A DNA stretch of 64,000 nucleotides from Epithemia pelagica. Its lineage: Eukaryota; Protista; Bacillariophyta. This document shows, piece after piece, positions 60,901 to 64,000 of this stretch; position 1 is the first letter of the stretch; every line of letters starts with the position of its first letter. The notes under the pieces are model-generated. The model ran no database searches. It was not told where the DNA came from and saw nothing but the letters and a program-made list of their open reading frames with translations. Made by a program: the position numbers and the translations under genes. Location: the NCBI GenBank assembly GCA_946965045.2, contig OX337241.1, positions 2,976,001 to 3,040,000 on the forward strand, in the 5' to 3' direction.

Positions 60901-61960
60901 CTTCTTCATTAGGAATCACGTGTACGGTATCGCTGGGGTCTATGAGGAACTCGGTAGTCATCGGTACATCTCTTGTTGGAAAATAATGTTCATTTTGTTC
61001 GTCGTCGAGATTCTTGTGATTTTCGTCGATACTCCAATCGTCTCCCTCATCTTGGTCCATTGTTGATGGAGACCGTTCCATGACGGATTCGTCGTCGTCT
61101 TCAATGAGGTTTGCGTTGTTGACCAGCAAGGGCTTGTTGTCCTCTTGTTGGATTGTCGTGCCTGCCTTTTTGCAAAACGCTTCGTATTTTGTGTATCCTG
61201 GGGCAGTCGTAAACTCACCCACATTTGAACCTCGTTGTTTCAATGGAATCGTCCGTTTGAAGAGTCCTTGCCCCCAAATCAATTCGATAGCGTTGCTATA
61301 TGTCACACATCGTGTTCCTCTCGGCAAGGGTTTGATATCTTTTGCTGTTTGTGCCCAATGTTGGGGCGAAAGCAGTTTGGTTGGGGTCGATGGGATGTAG
61401 AAGGACCTTGGGAGCGTGATCGTATGGATCTTGCCGTCGTCGTCCTCGATGTCCCATCGTATCGTCGTCTCGTATATATCTGGTTGATATGTTCCTGCTA
61501 CTCCCTTGACCTTTCGTTTGATTTTGATTGGTTTGGTGCAGCAGTCTTGTATGTCGTTCGTAATTGACGCGGTTGCGCAATTGTCGATCAAGACTTTCCT
61601 GCTGTCGGTATCAAAGCCAACTTCGTGAGCCGCTCGGTGAGTAACTTGTCCAGTTGTCGAAGTCAGTATCGTTGCCATACATAATGCCCGGAGGAGTCCT
61701 GTATAGTTATTTCTCCGTCGTCTCCGGCCATGGTCGATTCTTCGTTTCTTCTTCACTTTGATTTTGGTCGCGAGAGAGGTCGCTATGGAGTCGCATAGCC
61801 CTTGGACGTAGTCTAGGACTGACTCCAGGTGGTAGCACCTAGGACACCATAGCCCGTAGCACAGCATAGTGTAACTTGATAAAAGGATCGTCACTAATAC
61901 TGTGTAAACGAGCTGCTTGATCATGTCGTGCAGCCCGGGGAACCATCCCGGGTTTGGTTG
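57929..61960 (-). CDS. pol: Element C Pol (PR-INT-RT-RH), in frame with gag after a single UGA
   Basis: 1331 aa from the ATG at 61924 plus 12 open codons back to the gag stop. Motifs: IDNCAT, HHRMGH..CTAC, SPGQCVSVD, HADNG, SGMAER, YTDD, FADADFAG, EAE, TADIFTK. Confidence 0.95.
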   Translation of the reverse strand, partial: QPNPGWFPGLHDMIKQLVYTVLVTILLSSYTMLCYGLWCPRCYHLESVLDYVQGLCDSIATSLATKIKVKKKRRIDHGRRRRRNNYTGLLRALCMATILTSTTGQVTHRAAHEVGFDTDSRKVLIDNCATASITNDIQDCCTKPIKIKRKVKGVAGTYQPDIYETTIRWDIEDDDGKIHTITLPRSFYIPSTPTKLLSPQHWAQTAKDIKPLPRGTRCVTYSNAIELIWGQGLFKRTIPLKQRGSNVGEFTTAPGYTKYEAFCKKAGTTIQQEDNKPLLVNNANLIEDDDESVMERSPSTMDQDEGDDWSIDENHKNLDDEQNEHYFPTRDVPMTTEFLIDPSDTVHVIPNEEEVLPESPTLELLRTHHRMGHLSMVKIQSLARQGGLPKRLANCKVPVCTACMYGKATRRPWRIKGHRGTLDTMTSPGQCVSVDQMISKTPGYIAHLRGTPTRDRYRVATVFVDHFSGVGYVHLQRSTSAKDTIEAKERFEAWADTHGVKIRHYHADNGIFADNKFREAVQMKNQRLTFSGVNAHFQSGMAERRIRELQESGRTMLIHAQRRWPSTVTTNLWPYAVRYANDMFNEAPMKKHKEKTPMELFTGSTVRFNTRLAHTFGCPAYVLDNELQSGTPIPKWSERARVGIFLGYSPQHARTIGLILSLSSGLTSPQFHVQYDDQFETIRKSFGEAQPISQWQYKAGFTKSRPRMRENQPRVEFGSTTTSSQREIDVTIPEDRDQTNDANPPMEERETMPEHEGARRSQRTPRRTQRYQDYLTSLQEPEDAIGEVAITAKPTVTVNTAQANSNPDVMYWHEAMKQEDRAEFIKAAQKEVQDHSDNGLWEVVKRKDIPKGALISRGVWSCVRKRRLKTREVYKWKSRLAYDGSMQEKGVNYWETYAPVIQWPVVRFILTMALTQGWHIKQVDYVLAYTQAVAETDMYMEAPKSFTFDTKGNQRAEDYVLKIKQNYYGQKQGARVWNQHLVERLKQVGFQQSAHDECLFYHGKCVYILYTDDSLLLGPDKEELDRLIVTMENSGLKMTYEDGVNDFLGVNIDRKEDGTIHLTQPHLIDSILQDLHLADESTKKKETPAPTTVRLRQDQDGKAFDHHFHYRSAIGKLNFLEKSTRPDISFAVHQCTRFCENPKAIHGKAVKHIARYLAGTRKQGVILKPDTTKSFQVFADADFAGNFNKLDHPNKDMARSRTGFVVFYAGCPILWQSKLQSEIALSTTEAEIISLSHALRTVIPLMAITREMKDLGFPILSTTPNIHCKAFEDNSGAVELATIYKYRPRTRYLCTKLFHFKSFVERKEIEIHPCATDDQTADIFTKSLNESSFEKHRESIQGW

Positions 61961-61963
61961 TCA
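61934..61963 (-). promoter_or_regulatory. Putative stop-codon readthrough signal (UGA CAA CCA, 8-nt spacer, GC hairpin)
   Basis: Minus strand reads GAA TGA CAACCAAA CCCGGG-ATGGTTC-CCCGGG. Confidence 0.65.
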
Positions 61964-63217
61964 TTCGTCGGTGCTGTTGTCGCTGTCATCGTCTTCATCG
62001 TGGGTAGCACTGGCTAGGGCGCTAGCAAGGCGGAGTCCTGGGTTCGTTCCCGTGTTCTCGGACGTAGTATCATCTTTGTTCTCGTGTGCTGCGTCGTAGG
62101 CCCGTTTCTTATCTCCTGTCAGACCACGTCCGTTACACGTTGCGGACGTGTGGTTTTTATTGGTCGACCACTTTCCGTGCCACTTGCACCAGTACCACAT
62201 TTTTCCGTTGACTTCCTTCGTCTCGGACTGACCACTCTTTGGTCCCACCGTAAGCCAGGCCTTATCGTTGTCAGTTGCCTTGTCCGTCTTCCCTTTGTTT
62301 GTCTGTTTCTTCTGGTCAGTGGGGTTAGTCTTACGTTTCTGTTCCTTGAGTTTATTCACGGATGCTTCAAGTGCGATCAATTTCTGGTCGCGTGCCGAGA
62401 GAGCCTGCCATTTCTTCTGTTCCACGAGCGTCTGGTACTTGGTGCGAGCAACGCTCATTAGTTGACGCGGGGTCAGTCCTGGATTGTCTCCTTCTTCATA
62501 TGCGTTCTTCTTGCGACGAATGAACTCTAGAAAGTTATCGTCGTTCACGGTTTCGTAGGCCTTAAATAGATTCGGTAGAAGGTCGAGCGTCTGCTCGCCG
62601 CGCGCGTTGAGAGCCCGAAGAGTCTCGTCTACATAGAAGTTAAACTTGGCGATGTCCGCGTTCACATCCATAATATAGATGTGAAGGTCAGCCAAGCGTT
62701 GGCGTAGAACCATAACGGTGGCTTCAGTGTCCACATGTGCCAACGAGATCAAAACCTTGAGGAGAAGGGGTCCGGAACCACGCCCATCGATAGTGAAGTC
62801 TTCGCGTCGAATATTGACCTGTGCCTTAGCGTCGTCGGTAAGTGATGCCATAATGCAAGTGTATGCCATGTATGCATTCTGTGTCTGACGATTGGCTCCA
62901 TTGAAGTGTTCAACATAGGCACGGACTTGTTGCAAGGAGACGCGACCGTACTCGCTGGTGAGCAAACGAAGATTGGCGTTGGGGGCAGCGATCGCTTCTG
63001 GAATTGCAAAGATCGAAGTCCAGTTTTGTTCAACGATCCTGTCTTGGAGAGTGTCAAGGAACGTCTTGAGTCCGTCGGCTTCAAGGTCGTAGAGATCTCC
63101 GCTATCGTATAATCCGCGAATCGCTTGCTTGTAAAACTTCGCTCCTCCTGCCGTCGTGAAGTTGATCACTTGATTGGCGTTGGCATGAGCGGGTGAAAGG
63201 GCAAAATTTGCGGCCAT
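61961..63217 (-). CDS. gag: Element C Gag (418 aa)
   Basis: ORF starts 51 nt after the 5' LTR; C-terminal WYWCKWH..H..C motif and acidic tail. Confidence 0.93.
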   Translation of the reverse strand: MAANFALSPAHANANQVINFTTAGGAKFYKQAIRGLYDSGDLYDLEADGLKTFLDTLQDRIVEQNWTSIFAIPEAIAAPNANLRLLTSEYGRVSLQQVRAYVEHFNGANRQTQNAYMAYTCIMASLTDDAKAQVNIRREDFTIDGRGSGPLLLKVLISLAHVDTEATVMVLRQRLADLHIYIMDVNADIAKFNFYVDETLRALNARGEQTLDLLPNLFKAYETVNDDNFLEFIRRKKNAYEEGDNPGLTPRQLMSVARTKYQTLVEQKKWQALSARDQKLIALEASVNKLKEQKRKTNPTDQKKQTNKGKTDKATDNDKAWLTVGPKSGQSETKEVNGKMWYWCKWHGKWSTNKNHTSATCNGRGLTGDKKRAYDAAHENKDDTTSENTGTNPGLRLASALASATHDEDDDSDNSTDE

Positions 63218-63253
63218 GGTGGATGATGAATTGACAACGTTTTAGCTGTAAAC

Positions 63254-63268
63254 AGCGCAGAGGAAGCG
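63254..63268 (-). promoter_or_regulatory. Element C putative PBS, complementary to the tRNA-iMet D-arm
   Basis: CGCTTCCTCTGCGCT abuts the LTR; its reverse complement AGCGCAGAGGAAGCG resembles eukaryotic tRNA-iMet nt ~9-24 (GGCGCAGCGGAAGCG). Confidence 0.6.
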
Positions 63269-63731
63269 TGTTGTTTTCCTGCTACCGTGGGCAACAAGAA
63301 CGAGCTCAACCCGTGTAAAACAAAGTTAAGTTGTGTGCTTAGTCTTTTACTTCTACTCGTAGCGATGGCTGTGATCCGTTGGATCATCGGCCGTTGGATA
63401 AAGTAGATTGGAGATCTTTTTGCGATCTTGTTGCAATCTTGGTTTCCTATGTATCGTCGTCCAGCCCGTTCTTGCCTGTCAGAATGTTTAGACGACGACT
63501 GTTATGGGATGCCATAGGATCTCGTTTCTCTATGTATTGGACTTGTTTGGGCCGTTATTGTTGATGACGCGTTGCTCCAAATGAGACTTGGTCGGCCCAT
63601 TGGTTCGTTTGTTCTGTTTGAAATAACGATGGTACTCGTCTCTTGTCGGTCGAATCTTCTACTTCCGAATGCCGGTTCCGAATATTGGTCGCACTTCTTC
63701 ATTTACTGACCATATCTCATTATTTTGAACA
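63269..63731 (-). repeat. Element C 5' LTR
   Basis: Direct repeat of 57439-57901. Confidence 0.97.
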
Positions 63732-64000
63732 GCTGTCAAGCTAGGTACTTTTTTCGAGCCTCCACATTTGGATGTACCTCCAATGGGGCGACTTTGTGAT
63801 CGATTCAGCAGGTCCTCATGGTATCATGTCGAGAAAGGGTCCACATAATTGGCGACCAGACTGCCATGCGGTGCCACAGCACAAAGAGATTTGCGTGGTC
63901 TTGCTGTTGGGGTTGATACTGATCCACTAATAGTCGGTCAATACTGGAGGAGGATTTTCGTTCCACGAAAGACATGTGGATGAGGAAGCATACCATCGTC

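Larger units (their letters stand above)
57439..63731 (-). mobile_element. Ty1/copia LTR retrotransposon C, apparently intact (6293 bp)
   Basis: 463-bp TG...CA LTRs with 1 mismatch seen (57594/63424); 6-bp TSD GCTGTC (57433-57438, 63732-63737); PPT GAGAGGGAG at 57902-57910; open gag and pol. Confidence 0.97.

Noticed and set aside
63254-63268. tRNA genes at the PBS-like motifs (also 35244, 54194)
   Set aside because: Only 14-15 nt match; the flanks cannot form a cloverleaf.

Overview
Eukaryotic, repeat-rich window with no rRNA, tRNA or CRISPR loci. The Ty1/copia elements resemble the diatom CoDi families, so a diatom or other stramenopile host is inferred. (1) Positions 1-31378 plus 54444-57438 hold a same-strand tandem array of stand-alone six-bladed Kelch beta-propeller genes: 5 intact, 2 with a single nonsense codon, 1 truncated, 1 remnant. 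They are hypervariable at the propeller-face loop positions, have shuffled 5' and 3' flanks, and are separated by repeated decayed modules. (2) A three-level nest of Copia LTR retrotransposons interrupts the array. Element A (31379-54443, minus, 236-bp LTRs, TSD CGTGG) carries in its integrase element B-outer (34461-51118, plus, 783-bp LTRs, TSD CAAAC). B-outer carries an antisense copy of its own family, B-inner (39766-48034, TSD CCAAT). (3) An apparently intact Copia element C lies at 57439-63731 (minus, 463-bp LTRs, 6-bp TSD GCTGTC). The most unusual signals are: three internal-tRNA primer-binding sites, one matching the tRNA-iMet D-arm; gag/pol separated by an in-frame UGA (in C with a CAR-YYA context plus hairpin) followed by a hydrophobic-basic-hydrophobic module; an extra 259-aa ORF upstream of gag in family B; and the same 5'-T/3'-G LTR mismatch in both B copies.
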